The notes: generated from the letters alone by a model not told the origin. A DNA stretch of 64,000 nucleotides from an uncultured virus (IMG/VR IMGVR_UViG_3300010346_002377) (IMGVR_UViG_3300010346_002377), one strand, 5' to 3'. Counted from the stretch's first letter, positions 1-9,612 are shown. Numbers and translations are program-made.

Positions 1-222
1 AGATGGCAGGCGGGAACATGGGAATGGTTGCGGAAGGGCCAGCAGTCGAAGCCCGTCGGATGCCTCGACGGGTCGAAGGGCGACCATTTCAAGGTTTCTC
101 CGTTGAATAAGTGGCGACCGCGCAAGGGGGAGCGATTCTTTGTCATGGTGTCCGGTCATGCGCGGACGGCCAGCCGAACGGTGATGGAGAGGAGCAATGT
201 CGCGGAGGTCGTTTGGCCATGA
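1..222 (+). CDS. Partial CDS (5' truncated), hypothetical protein
   Basis: Frame 1 is open from base 1 (RWQAGTWEWLRKGQQSK...ERSNVAEVVWP*). Its TGA overlaps the ATG of the next gene (ATGA at 219-222). Confidence 0.6.
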   Translation, partial: RWQAGTWEWLRKGQQSKPVGCLDGSKGDHFKVSPLNKWRPRKGERFFVMVSGHARTASRTVMERSNVAEVVWP

Positions 223-911
223 CCATTGAGATCGAACCCATTTACGCGGCGGTTGTCTTCGCGGTCGGCGGCGGCATCCTAGCCGCCGTCAAATGGCTGT
301 CTACGGAGACGACGAAGCAAGGGCTGAAAGCGGTGAAGAGGAAGGTTTACCACGCGATAAAAGACGAAGTTTGCTTGGGCGCGGAGGCGCTGGAAGTTGT
401 CAATTTGCTCCGCGACGACATCAAGAAAATCCTCTCACAGTTCTCTCCGAATGGCGGCAGCACGATCAAGGACGCAGTGGTGAGGCTGGAGAACGCCGTC
501 GCGTCAATTCGCGGCGAGGTGCGCCATCTCCGGGCCAGCGCCGAAATGGCAAGCGATGCCGCCGGAGCTTTCCTTTGGCGGGCGGAACCGGACGGAAGGG
601 TCATGTGGGTCAGCAAGGCGATCAAGGAGCAGCTTGGCTACGTCAATGACACCTCCTATTTGGGATGGGCGTGGCTCAACATGGTTCACCCCAGCGACCG
701 CGAGAGGGTGCGGGAGCGGTGGGAGGAGTCGGTGAGGGACCGCTGCGAGGCCCAAGACGAATACCGCGTTGTCTCGACGGACGGGCTGGCGCTGCATGTC
801 CAGAGCTTCGCCCGCCCGGTTTTCGTGGACGGCAGGCTCGACGGGTGGCAGGGGCGGCACAGTATCACGAAGATCGAGAACCCGCTTGGCAAGGACTTGA
901 CGGAAGAATGA
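219..911 (+). CDS. Membrane protein: N-terminal TM, holin-like coiled-coil stalk and C-terminal PAS/PAC domain
   Basis: ATGA-coupled start at 219. TM segment IYAAVVFAVGGGILAAV, PNGGSTIKDAV motif, and PAS_3-like signature W..DGRVMWVS...LGY...LGWAWLNMVHPSDRERVRERW...EYRVVSTDG. Confidence 0.8.
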   Translation: MTIEIEPIYAAVVFAVGGGILAAVKWLSTETTKQGLKAVKRKVYHAIKDEVCLGAEALEVVNLLRDDIKKILSQFSPNGGSTIKDAVVRLENAVASIRGEVRHLRASAEMASDAAGAFLWRAEPDGRVMWVSKAIKEQLGYVNDTSYLGWAWLNMVHPSDRERVRERWEESVRDRCEAQDEYRVVSTDGLALHVQSFARPVFVDGRLDGWQGRHSITKIENPLGKDLTEE

Positions 912-1531
912 ACCCGATTCTCATCGCCGTAATCGGGATCCTGCGCCGCAAGGCGATCAAATGGGCGAAGGAAAAAGCGATGTCGTCGGCCACGCCGCGC
1001 GGCGAGTGGCTTGGCAAGTACCAGATAATGACGCCCGTTTCCGGCTTGGCCGGCCTGCAGGCGGGCTTCGCGGCCAGCACCCAATGCTGTCTGGTCGTCA
1101 ACGACCCGGACGACCCGCGCCGGTGGCGGCATTTCGAGTCCGGGTACGAATACATGGCGGACACTCCAATCGTTTCCGACGGTGGATCGACGCCAAAGTG
1201 GTTGCGAAAGCCAGTGAAGGAATGGGCCGACCTTGAGCCATTTGGGAAGTTCGTCGACGACTTCATTCTCCACGATGCGGGCTACAAGGAAAAGGGCGTT
1301 TGGATGCGGACTTCCGCCGACGCCGAATGGCTTTGGCTCCCGCTCAATCGCGGCCAGATCGACGCGCTGTTCCGCGACACTATGCGGACGAACGGCCGCA
1401 AGGGCGAAATCTTCGCCATCTGGCGCGCTGTCCGCAGGTTCGGCGCCGCGGCCTGGAGAAACCACCGGCGCCGGGAGCGCGAGAACCGCTCCACGACGCC
1501 TCCGCATATTTTGAGGCCCCCGGGCGCTTGA
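908..1531 (+). CDS. DUF1353-family protein
   Basis: ATGA-coupled start at 908. Motifs SDGGSTP, LHDAGY, RGQIDALFRDTM and IWRAVRRFGAAAW fit the DUF1353 pattern. Confidence 0.7.
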   Translation: MNPILIAVIGILRRKAIKWAKEKAMSSATPRGEWLGKYQIMTPVSGLAGLQAGFAASTQCCLVVNDPDDPRRWRHFESGYEYMADTPIVSDGGSTPKWLRKPVKEWADLEPFGKFVDDFILHDAGYKEKGVWMRTSADAEWLWLPLNRGQIDALFRDTMRTNGRKGEIFAIWRAVRRFGAAAWRNHRRRERENRSTTPPHILRPPGA

Positions 1532-1555
1532 CTGGCGGCGGGTAGATGGTAGGAT
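1528..1555 (+). promoter_or_regulatory. Sigma70-like promoter
   Basis: TTGACT-N16-TAGGAT with extended -10 TG, upstream of RBS GAGGAG and the ATG at 1587. Confidence 0.55.
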
Positions 1556-1586
1556 ACAAAGTTGCCGGGGTACTCTCGGAGAGGAG

Positions 1587-1832
1587 ATGCGAATGAAAAA
1601 AGGGTTGACCATTGGAATCATCGGGGTTGGCGTCGCCATGGCGGCGCTCGCGCAATCGTACGGGCCCACGTCGCCGGCCGACAGCTGGCTGGCTCGCCAG
1701 ATTTTGGACCTGCAAACCCGGATGGCCGCCGTTGAATCAGTCGCGTCCGCCGCGATCGCGTCGCCCAGTCCGACCACGCCGGACGGGGCGCTGTATTGGA
1801 TCGACGGCGCCCTCGTCGCTTCGCCATACTAG
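1587..1832 (+). CDS. Small exported protein with short coiled coil
   Basis: Strong RBS, signal-peptide-like N-terminus MRMKKGLTIGIIGVGVAMAALA-Q, heptad stretch ILDLQTRMAAVE. Confidence 0.65.
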   Translation: MRMKKGLTIGIIGVGVAMAALAQSYGPTSPADSWLARQILDLQTRMAAVESVASAAIASPSPTTPDGALYWIDGALVASPY

Positions 1833-1854
1833 CCGCCCGCGAAAGGAGACCGTC

Positions 1855-2142
1855 GTGGATGCCAGCATGCCCGTGCCGGCCCAGGTTGCCGACTACCTGG
1901 GTCGCCATTTGACGCCCCCTGCGATTGTCCCGTCCCCCGGAGGGGCCGGCATCGTCGTTTCCCCCGCCCGGTTCGAGTTCCCCGGGGCGCACGCCAAGAG
2001 TCGCGAGCGGCTAGCCCGCGCGGCCGCGGCCGCTTCCGGAATCGTACCGGACCCGGACCAGCTTACCGCGGACGCCGTTGCCATGCTGCAGCAGGCGAAC
2101 GCCGAGGCCGAGCCCGGCGGCCCGCCGGGGGCCCAGGGATGA
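1855..2142 (+). CDS. Hypothetical protein
   Basis: RBS AAGGAG before GTG at 1855; stop overlaps the next ATG. Confidence 0.55.
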   Translation: MDASMPVPAQVADYLGRHLTPPAIVPSPGGAGIVVSPARFEFPGAHAKSRERLARAAAAASGIVPDPDQLTADAVAMLQQANAEAEPGGPPGAQG

Positions 2143-2420
2143 CCCGCTTCCCGGAGACCTCGGAGGCGTTCCTCGCCGCCGTCGACGAGGCGCGCAAGAT
2201 ATTTTTCGCGGAATACGGCGACTCCGCAAACTCGGTTATCGTCTCCCGCGAACTGTTCCAGCGCATCCCAGACCACGCCCGCCTCGCCGTCGTCGCGGAG
2301 GACGGCGAGTTGCGCGTCCGGGGCCTGGCGCTTTTGTTCGCGGACATCCCGGGGCACCCGTTTTGCGTGGCGATCGTCCACGACCCTTTCCACGCGTGCG
2401 AGCGTTGCGGGAGCTTGTAG
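2139..2420 (+). CDS. Hypothetical protein with C-terminal CxxC
   Basis: ATGA overlap, GC3-rich codons, ends 3 nt before terL. Confidence 0.55.
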   Translation: MTRFPETSEAFLAAVDEARKIFFAEYGDSANSVIVSRELFQRIPDHARLAVVAEDGELRVRGLALLFADIPGHPFCVAIVHDPFHACERCGSL

Positions 2421-2423
2421 CCC

Positions 2424-4262
2424 GTGGCCAACATAAGCAAGTTCCGCAACTTCCACGGCATCACGTTCAACAAGGACGTTAGCGATTCGTTCGCGCATCT
2501 CGTTCTGTGGCAGCGCCATAAAGAAGAACCCTTCTGCCACGCCAACTTCATTTCTGGGTCCCCGCACGAGCACTTTCTCGCCGCCGTCCGGTCTCTGTTC
2601 ACCCGTTCGCAGGTAGGCATCCACCCGTGGTTCGAGCGAATGGCGGTTGCCTACACGAACGAGCCCGTCGTGATTATGATGGGGGCCGCGTCGTCCAGCA
2701 AGTCATTCTTCGCCGGCGTGGCCGTCCTGCTCGACTACATCGCGTCGTTCGCTGCGACGGAGATGCCCGACGGCACCAGCTCCGAGCCCGGCAGCCTGTA
2801 CGCAAACATGGTGTCGACGACCAAGGAGACGCTGCTCAAGCGCAGCCTGGCGTCGTCCATCGAGTGTCTCGGCTACCTCCGTTCGCACCCTGATTTTTTT
2901 GTCCCGTTCCGGTTCATCAGCCAGAAGTGCGCGATCGTGCCGGACACCGGGAGCGGCGACATCGACGTAGCCAGCGTGAAGTCCCGCATCGACGGTATCG
3001 CGATCTCCGAGGGCAGCGCCATCGACGCCAAGGGCGCGGTCATCGGCGTCCACTTGCCCCGGGTACGCTCCGTCGCGGACGAGCTGGAGAACATGGGCAC
3101 GAAGGCCCAGGTGTTCCTCGACGCCCAGGACAACTTGATGGCGGGTACGCAGGACTACAAACGGCTCATACTTTTTAACCCACAAGCCGAGGGCGCCCCA
3201 GGTTCCAAGCTGGCCGAGCCGCCCGGCGGATACAGATCCATCACGCTGGACACGGACGAGTGGCGCAACAAGGCCGGCGAGCTCGTGCTCCGGTTCGACG
3301 GCCACAAGTCTCCCGGGCGAAAGCACCCGACCGTGTACCCCTACTTGCCGAACGACGCGTTCTTCAAGAAGGTGCTCGCCCGCAACGGCGGCAACGCCGA
3401 CTCGCCCGGCTACATGAGCTTCGTGCGGGCGTTCCCGCCGCCCAGCGACGGCCACGACACCGTGCTTACGCGGGAAATGATCGGGCAGTGGGGCATGGAC
3501 CGGCTTGTGCAGTGGGAGTCCCGCGCCACGGCCTTCGCGGCGCTCGACCCCGCGTTCACGTCCGGCGGCAACGACTGCAAGATGGTTCGGGGCTACGTCG
3601 GGCGCGAGTTGAACTCGCACCGCGTCGTGATCGCGTTCGACCCGGAGACCTACACGGTCCCCATCTACGCGTCTTCCCCGATCCCTGTGTTGCAGCAGAT
3701 CGGCGAGGGCGTCAAGAAGAAGCTGCACGAGTGGGACATTCCGATCACGCACTTCGCCTGCGACGACAGCGGCACCCAGAACGTGGCCGACCATCTGGAA
3801 ATTTTGCTGGGGCGCGGCCTGTACCGGTGCAATTACTCCGCCCGGCCCCCGAAGGTGCAGATCGGGACGGCCCCGGAGGCCACCGCCGACAAGAAGTACC
3901 GGAACACGGTCACGTTCTTGTACTACAGCGTGAACGAGTTCGGGCAGTTCGGCCAGATCCGCGGGCTCCCGGCGCAGGCCGTCGAGGAGTTTTGCGGGCG
4001 GCGCCTCGACGAGCGGCTGAAGGGGACGCTGACCGTGGAGACGAAGACGCAGTACAAGGCCCGGATGAAGGACGGAGAGTCCCCCGACACGGCCGATTGC
4101 TGCGCGATGCTCGTCGGGATGGTACGCGACCGGTTTGGGTTCCAGCCCGGCAGCGACCATTGGGGCATGGAGTTCTTCGGCGACGACTATCCCGGGGCGT
4201 TCAACCCGCCCGACATGCGGGCCATAAACAATCTGGAGTGTTTGGACGGGCGGTACTGTTGA
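2424..4262 (+). CDS. terL: Terminase large subunit
   Basis: Walker A-like GAASSSKS, Walker B-like RSVADELE, RNase H-like nuclease motifs AALDPAFTSGGND, DDSG and SPDTAD; lies upstream of portal/capsid genes. Confidence 0.9.
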   Translation: MANISKFRNFHGITFNKDVSDSFAHLVLWQRHKEEPFCHANFISGSPHEHFLAAVRSLFTRSQVGIHPWFERMAVAYTNEPVVIMMGAASSSKSFFAGVAVLLDYIASFAATEMPDGTSSEPGSLYANMVSTTKETLLKRSLASSIECLGYLRSHPDFFVPFRFISQKCAIVPDTGSGDIDVASVKSRIDGIAISEGSAIDAKGAVIGVHLPRVRSVADELENMGTKAQVFLDAQDNLMAGTQDYKRLILFNPQAEGAPGSKLAEPPGGYRSITLDTDEWRNKAGELVLRFDGHKSPGRKHPTVYPYLPNDAFFKKVLARNGGNADSPGYMSFVRAFPPPSDGHDTVLTREMIGQWGMDRLVQWESRATAFAALDPAFTSGGNDCKMVRGYVGRELNSHRVVIAFDPETYTVPIYASSPIPVLQQIGEGVKKKLHEWDIPITHFACDDSGTQNVADHLEILLGRGLYRCNYSARPPKVQIGTAPEATADKKYRNTVTFLYYSVNEFGQFGQIRGLPAQAVEEFCGRRLDERLKGTLTVETKTQYKARMKDGESPDTADCCAMLVGMVRDRFGFQPGSDHWGMEFFGDDYPGAFNPPDMRAINNLECLDGRYC

Positions 4263-4287
4263 CGGGCCGCGCGGCCTGTGCGATATT
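4259..4287 (+). promoter_or_regulatory. Possible sigma70-like promoter
   Basis: TTGACG-N17-GATATT with extended TG. Confidence 0.4.
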
Positions 4288-4338
4288 GTTTTGATGGAAC
4301 GCGGGGTTGTCCTGCGGACCCCAAGGAGACCCCGAAAA

Positions 4339-4674
4339 ATGAAGCAAGACTCGATCATCGAAGCCTATAAGAACGTCGTCGAGGCGTTCAACAACGTGGA
4401 CGCCCGCGTCCGCGACATGACCAACCTGCTCCCGGACGCCCCAGTCGAGGGCGACGAGAAGCCCGGGAAGATGGTCACGCCCGACATGAACAAGTGTTTG
4501 TACATCGGCGCCACGTATCTCGAGGACGCCCGGCTGCGGATCAACGCCGTGTTCACCGAGATGCTCCGGTACAGCGAAGAGTTTGTGGAGCAGCAGCTTG
4601 CGGAGCAGGCGGCCGGCGCCGCGGCCCCCGCCGACCCGGCCCCCAACTTCAAGCCGCAGGACGCGCAGCCGTGA
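4339..4674 (+). CDS. Hypothetical helical protein
   Basis: RBS AAGGAG at 4323, ATG at 4339, GC3-rich codons. Confidence 0.65.
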   Translation: MKQDSIIEAYKNVVEAFNNVDARVRDMTNLLPDAPVEGDEKPGKMVTPDMNKCLYIGATYLEDARLRINAVFTEMLRYSEEFVEQQLAEQAAGAAAPADPAPNFKPQDAQP

Positions 4675-4931
4675 AGTCGCAGAAGCTGCAACGGGGAATG
4701 ACGACGCCGCGGGTGATGGACGCGTACACCGGCGAGGACATCAAGTACACGAAGGCCGGCGACTTCTGGATCGCGTCGACGTCGCTGTGGACGTCGCGCC
4801 CGTTCAATTTCCTCGACGACCTGAAGTACGCGCTCAGCTATTCGATGGGGGTCCCCCCGCGATATAACAAGCCGGGCATCGAGGTGACCCGCAACGAAGG
4901 CGAGCGCCCGAAAGGCGCCGAAGAGGAGTAA
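4671..4931 (+). CDS. Hypothetical protein
   Basis: GTGA overlap with the previous stop; TAATG overlap with the next gene. Confidence 0.55.
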   Translation: MKSQKLQRGMTTPRVMDAYTGEDIKYTKAGDFWIASTSLWTSRPFNFLDDLKYALSYSMGVPPRYNKPGIEVTRNEGERPKGAEEE

Positions 4932-6337
4932 TGGATATGAAGAAGTGGTTTGTTTTCGCGTTGTTTGTTCCGATGCTTGCCTTTGGGCAGGGCCGCATCC
5001 AGGCGTTTTCCGTGAACGTGGAGACAAACCACCTTTCCCACGTCGTCATGGGCACCGACTCGCTGCACCGGACCAACCTGGTTTCCAGGTATCAGTTCTC
5101 GGTGCAGCATCTCGCCGAGGCGCTTGACGCCCGGTGGGGGCAGGCCGAGTACGACTGGGGGTTCTCCACCAACGGGTGGACGGTTTTGCTCCCGTCGAAC
5201 GGCACGGCCCAGGCCACGCTCAATTTCATCGACGCCGAGATGGGGACGGCCCGCGTGAACATGACGAACCTGCTGAACGCGCAGGGCGCGATCAACACGA
5301 ACTTCACGAACCTGTCCAACGCGTTTGTGAGCCTGCAGGGCACGATCAACACGAACGCGGCGCTGTCGTCCTCCAACGCAGCCATCGCGAACTGGAACCA
5401 GGGGAACATCAGCAACCTCGTCGGGCAGGTGCTCCACAACGTGTACCGCTCTTTCACCAACATCCCCGGAATGTCGACCAACCCCGCCTACACCAACGTG
5501 GCCTCGACGAACTTCGGGTGGAGCTACTCGTGGAAGCCGGAAGGCGAGGACTTCGAGTCGAACGATTTCGACGTCGCGATCGGGTTCGTAGACCTCGCCT
5601 CCGCGTTTACGGGATACTCGGACGGACAGCTGGCTCCGGTTTCCAACCTGCTTGGCGCCGTCACGTTCGACGGTGCCTATTTGTCGCACTGGGGATACTC
5701 CGGGTTCGGCACGCGGACCTTCTACACCAACGTCTATACGAACACGGCGTCCTACGATTTACTGTTCCCGGCCGACGCGGGGGTTTCGAGCGGCAGCTAC
5801 GCGACCGCGGTCGGCGCGCTTTCGCTGGTTCCAGCCGCCGACCCGAACTTCGTTCGCGGCGTACGCATTACCGCCCCTGGGCGATATTATCTCTCGTGCG
5901 GCGCCGAGTTCTCGGATCTTTCTCCGATTGCCAGCGGAACAAACGATGTTTTGGAGGGCAGTGGGTATCTGAAGTTCCAGGCGTTTGATGGATTCTCAAC
6001 CCCTATCAATTTCTGGCGCGGGGTCGGCCGGCTGCCGAAGCCTTCCGCCGGGTGGGTCCCCGCCGACCTCGGAGGCGCCGCCGCGAGCGCGGGGCCCGAC
6101 GGTGCGTATTCGGTGTTGGCCAACTTCTCGGACATGTTTCTTGTGTCCGAAGTGAACGGGGCCTCCGTGTCGGCGACCAATCCGCTCGAAATCAGGGTCC
6201 AGCTTACATACACCGAGTCGGCCGACGTCGGCGCCGTGCCGTCGGCCTTGATGATCCGGGGGCTCTACCTGACGATTGTGCGCACCGCCACGTGGGGCGG
6301 CGACGGCGGTGGCGGTGGTGGCGGAGGTTCGCGATGA
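4931..6337 (+). CDS. Signal-peptide-bearing, Thr-Asn-rich fibre/spike-like protein
   Basis: MKKWFVFALFVPMLAFG-Q signal, Asn-rich coiled stalk, C-terminal beta-rich domain with C1q/TNF-like pattern VRITAPGRYYLSCGAEF, poly-Gly tail. Confidence 0.6.
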   Translation: MDMKKWFVFALFVPMLAFGQGRIQAFSVNVETNHLSHVVMGTDSLHRTNLVSRYQFSVQHLAEALDARWGQAEYDWGFSTNGWTVLLPSNGTAQATLNFIDAEMGTARVNMTNLLNAQGAINTNFTNLSNAFVSLQGTINTNAALSSSNAAIANWNQGNISNLVGQVLHNVYRSFTNIPGMSTNPAYTNVASTNFGWSYSWKPEGEDFESNDFDVAIGFVDLASAFTGYSDGQLAPVSNLLGAVTFDGAYLSHWGYSGFGTRTFYTNVYTNTASYDLLFPADAGVSSGSYATAVGALSLVPAADPNFVRGVRITAPGRYYLSCGAEFSDLSPIASGTNDVLEGSGYLKFQAFDGFSTPINFWRGVGRLPKPSAGWVPADLGGAAASAGPDGAYSVLANFSDMFLVSEVNGASVSATNPLEIRVQLTYTESADVGAVPSALMIRGLYLTIVRTATWGGDGGGGGGGGSR

Positions 6338-6612
6338 AGAAGTTTGTTTTCGGCCTTGTTTTCTCCGTTCTGGTTTCCAGCGGGTTCGCGCTTACGTCGG
6401 ACCAGGTGTTCGCTTATCTGGTGGACCGCGGCCAAAACCCGTACTACCTGCACTCCGTCGGCCTGTTCGAGCTGTACATGGGCGACGACGGGGTCCGGGT
6501 CGTCGCGTGGCGCGTCCCGGGCGTGGCCCAGCCGACAGCCGAAGACTTCCTGCCGGAAGCGGATGCCGCCGCCCGCGTCCTGCGGTACAAGCTGGAGCGG
6601 GCCCGCAAGTGA
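6334..6612 (+). CDS. XkdW-like (tail-fibre chaperone-like) protein with signal peptide
   Basis: ATGA start at 6334. Signal MKKFVFGLVFSVLVSSGFA, then FELYMGDDGVRVVAWRVPGVAQPTAED resembling the XkdW L.DDG.G..I..W...QPT pattern. Confidence 0.5.
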   Translation: MKKFVFGLVFSVLVSSGFALTSDQVFAYLVDRGQNPYYLHSVGLFELYMGDDGVRVVAWRVPGVAQPTAEDFLPEADAAARVLRYKLERARK

Positions 6613-7193
6613 CGAAGGAGTTCAAGCTGTCCTACGCGGTCCCGCCCACCCGGCAGTTCTTCTACCAGGTGCCCGGCGGGCCGTACGTCGAAACGGCGTG
6701 CGACTGGGGCCTGCTTGAGTCCGAGGTCCGCCGCAGGTGCGAGGCCGCAGGAGTCGTTCCGCCGGAGCCGCTTCGCGCCTTGATGGAAGACTACATGTGC
6801 GACCATCTGCCGCCCGGGTTTTGCACCGGCGGAGAGCCTTCGAAACCAATGATTTCTTTTTCGGCCGTCCTGGAGTCCACCGATAAAATTGTTAAGCGCG
6901 CAAGCGCAACAGGCGGGTTTGGACGCTCGCTGGCCGACCGAATTGATTCTCGCGCGAACGCGTGCATGGCGTGCAAGTCCCACTCGATGGGGCTGTGCCT
7001 GACGTGCAACGGCCTGTTGGCCCACTATGCCCCGTACCTGCGCGACCGGCAGACCGCGTACGACCGTACGCTCCGGGTGTGCACGGCCACGATGGCCGCC
7101 GTTCCGCTTTTGCTGCACGTGGACGCCGCGGCGATGCCCGACGCGGCGTACCCCGATGGGTGCTGGGTATCGAAGGAGCGCGGCCATGTCTGA
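6609..7193 (+). CDS. Cys-rich hypothetical protein preceding the portal
   Basis: GTGA overlap; motifs CMAC, CLTC and PDGCW. Confidence 0.65.
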   Translation: MTKEFKLSYAVPPTRQFFYQVPGGPYVETACDWGLLESEVRRRCEAAGVVPPEPLRALMEDYMCDHLPPGFCTGGEPSKPMISFSAVLESTDKIVKRASATGGFGRSLADRIDSRANACMACKSHSMGLCLTCNGLLAHYAPYLRDRQTAYDRTLRVCTATMAAVPLLLHVDAAAMPDAAYPDGCWVSKERGHV

Positions 7194-9588
7194 GTCCCAA
7201 ACGATCGAGTCCACGCACGAAGTCCAGACGGCCACCTCCGCCGGGCGGCCGGTCGCCGACCGCATAACGACGATCGAGGCGGCCCGCGCCATCTACGCGA
7301 AGCTGCGCGAAAAGAGCTTCGAGGACGCCGAGCGCCGGCTGCGGATCAAGGGCCAGATCGACGGGCGCCCACCGTACAACCCGGCGAAGCTAAAGGAGCT
7401 TGGGCTCGGGTACCTGACCAACGTCAACTTCCTCGAGCTTCGGGCGATGCTCGACGACCGCGCGGCTCGCCGGTTCAGCTCCTACTTCGAGGTCCCGGAG
7501 CTTATCCAGGCCAAGCAGGTTGCCAACGTCGACCCCGCGTCCGACGCGCCAAACTACGGAATGGTTGTCGCCGAGGAGTTCACGAAGTTGCTCAAGGAAG
7601 ACTGGGAAGGCTTCGCCCCTCTGATGGACTTGGTCGGCCGCGAGGCCGACGAGTACGGGTTTGGCGTGGCCATGTTCCCGGACGAGTGGGACTGGCGGCC
7701 CGAAGAGCGGCACGTCTCCAACTTCTTCCCCGACCCGAACGCGAAGGTCGACCTCACCAAGATGTCGATGTTTTGCTACAACGGGACCTTCAAGCCGACG
7801 GAGCTTTTTGAGCGGATCTCTGACCCGGCCCTGGCCGCCCAGGCAGGGTGGAACGTCCCCGCCGTCCGCAAGCTGCTGGTACGGCTGTTCGTGAAGAAAG
7901 AAAACGCGCACGACCCGTTTGGCCAGCAGCACGGCAACCCGTGGGAAGAGATCGAGCAGCGGTTCCGCAACAACGACACGACCGTCCAGATCGAGGAGCT
8001 CCGCGACATAGAGGTTGTTCACCTCGTGTACGCGCAGGTCGACGACGGCGAAGTCGGGCACAAGATTTTCTCGCGCGCCGAGGGCGAGAAGGACGAGTTT
8101 CTTTTCGAGGCCCCTCGCCGGTACAAGTCGATGCGCAACGCCCTGTGGTGCCTTCCGTTCAACTACGGCGACGGCTACCTCCGGTCGTGCCGCGGCATCG
8201 CGTCCTATATTGAGCAGCACTGCGATTTGTCGAACCGGTATCTCGGGTCGGCGTTCGACGCCGGCCGCACGGCCAGCACGCTTCTCGTGCAGCCAACCAA
8301 CCCCGCCGGCTACGACCGGCTGCAGATCGTGCGCCAGGGCATTCTTACGGTCGTCGACCATCGCCTGACCATCCAGCAGTCCAGTTTCCAGCCCCGCATC
8401 AACGACCTAATCGCCCTGCGCCGCGTCAGCTCGGAGCTGATGCAGAACAACACCCGCGAGCTGAAGGACATGCCGGAGGACCCCAGCTTCAACCCCCAGC
8501 CGAAGACGGCCGAGGAGGTGCGCGAGCTGTCCAGCCGGTTCGCCCGCGGCGAGCAGTCCCAGACCGTGTTCTACGCCGCCCAGCTGCAGAAGCTGTACCG
8601 CGAGATTTTCCGCCGCCTGACGAACCCCGAGTACCTGCTGTCGAACGTCGACCGGCCCGGCCTCGGGCTGGCGCTTGGGTTCGCCATCCGCTGCGTGGAG
8701 CGCGGCGTGCCCCTCGAGCTGCTGCTCGACTACGACCAATGGCGCATTTTGGCCGTGAAGCCGATCGGCGGGGGATCCCCGCAGGCCCGCAACTCCGCGC
8801 TGATGGACATGATGCAGCTGCGCGGCGAGGCCGACGAGAAGGGCCGCCGAGAGATCCTTCGCGACTACGCGGCTTCCCGGGTCGGCTACGACTATGTCGA
8901 CCGCTACTTCCCGCCCAAGACGCGCGACTCGATCTCGACGAACGAGCACAGCATCGCGTCCCTCGAAACCAGCGACTTCTACTCGGGGGCGCAGGGCGTC
9001 GTCGGGTCCGACCAGAACCACGTCATCCATTTCACCGTGCACGCGCAGCCCGTCCAGCAGGTCGCCCAGGCGATCGAGGAACAGGGCATCGAGGCCATCG
9101 ACCCGCAGCGGGCCATTCCGTTGCTGTCGGCCGCCCTGCCCCACATGGAGCAGCACCTCCAGTACCTGCAGCGCGAGCCCACGAGGAAGGATTTCGTGCG
9201 GCAGGGCGTCGAGGTTCTCAAGGGCGGCGTGAAGGCGCTCGACGAGTGCAAGCGGGCCGTCGAGAAGATGCAGGAAGCGCAGGCCAAGCTCGAGCAGGAG
9301 CAGGCCGAGAAGCTGGGCCAGGCCGAGCAGCGCGCGTTCACCGCCGAACAGCAGTTGGAACTCGCGAAGGCGCAGATGAAGCAGGAAGTCGAAGTCCAAA
9401 AGCAGGCGTCGCTAAACGCGATGCGGGCCATGAAGACCCAAGACCAGATGCGCATCAACGCCGACCGGGCCGCAAGCGACATTCGCCTCAAGAGCGAGCG
9501 GCAGGCCGCCGAGCTCGAGCTCATGCGCCGGAAGACCGAAGCGGAGGTCGAGGCGAAGCGCGCCAAAACCAAATCTCCGGGCGAGTAG
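7186..9588 (+). CDS. Portal protein (about 800 aa) with long C-terminal coiled coil
   Basis: RBS AAGGAG and ATG at 7186. Position between terminase and scaffold/capsid, KTAEEV portal-like motif, Q/E/K-rich C-terminal helix reminiscent of the P22-type portal barrel. Confidence 0.8.
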   Translation: MSESQTIESTHEVQTATSAGRPVADRITTIEAARAIYAKLREKSFEDAERRLRIKGQIDGRPPYNPAKLKELGLGYLTNVNFLELRAMLDDRAARRFSSYFEVPELIQAKQVANVDPASDAPNYGMVVAEEFTKLLKEDWEGFAPLMDLVGREADEYGFGVAMFPDEWDWRPEERHVSNFFPDPNAKVDLTKMSMFCYNGTFKPTELFERISDPALAAQAGWNVPAVRKLLVRLFVKKENAHDPFGQQHGNPWEEIEQRFRNNDTTVQIEELRDIEVVHLVYAQVDDGEVGHKIFSRAEGEKDEFLFEAPRRYKSMRNALWCLPFNYGDGYLRSCRGIASYIEQHCDLSNRYLGSAFDAGRTASTLLVQPTNPAGYDRLQIVRQGILTVVDHRLTIQQSSFQPRINDLIALRRVSSELMQNNTRELKDMPEDPSFNPQPKTAEEVRELSSRFARGEQSQTVFYAAQLQKLYREIFRRLTNPEYLLSNVDRPGLGLALGFAIRCVERGVPLELLLDYDQWRILAVKPIGGGSPQARNSALMDMMQLRGEADEKGRREILRDYAASRVGYDYVDRYFPPKTRDSISTNEHSIASLETSDFYSGAQGVVGSDQNHVIHFTVHAQPVQQVAQAIEEQGIEAIDPQRAIPLLSAALPHMEQHLQYLQREPTRKDFVRQGVEVLKGGVKALDECKRAVEKMQEAQAKLEQEQAEKLGQAEQRAFTAEQQLELAKAQMKQEVEVQKQASLNAMRAMKTQDQMRINADRAASDIRLKSERQAAELELMRRKTEAEVEAKRAKTKSPGE

Positions 9589-9612
9589 CCCGGGCAACCA
9601 GGAGACCATCAA

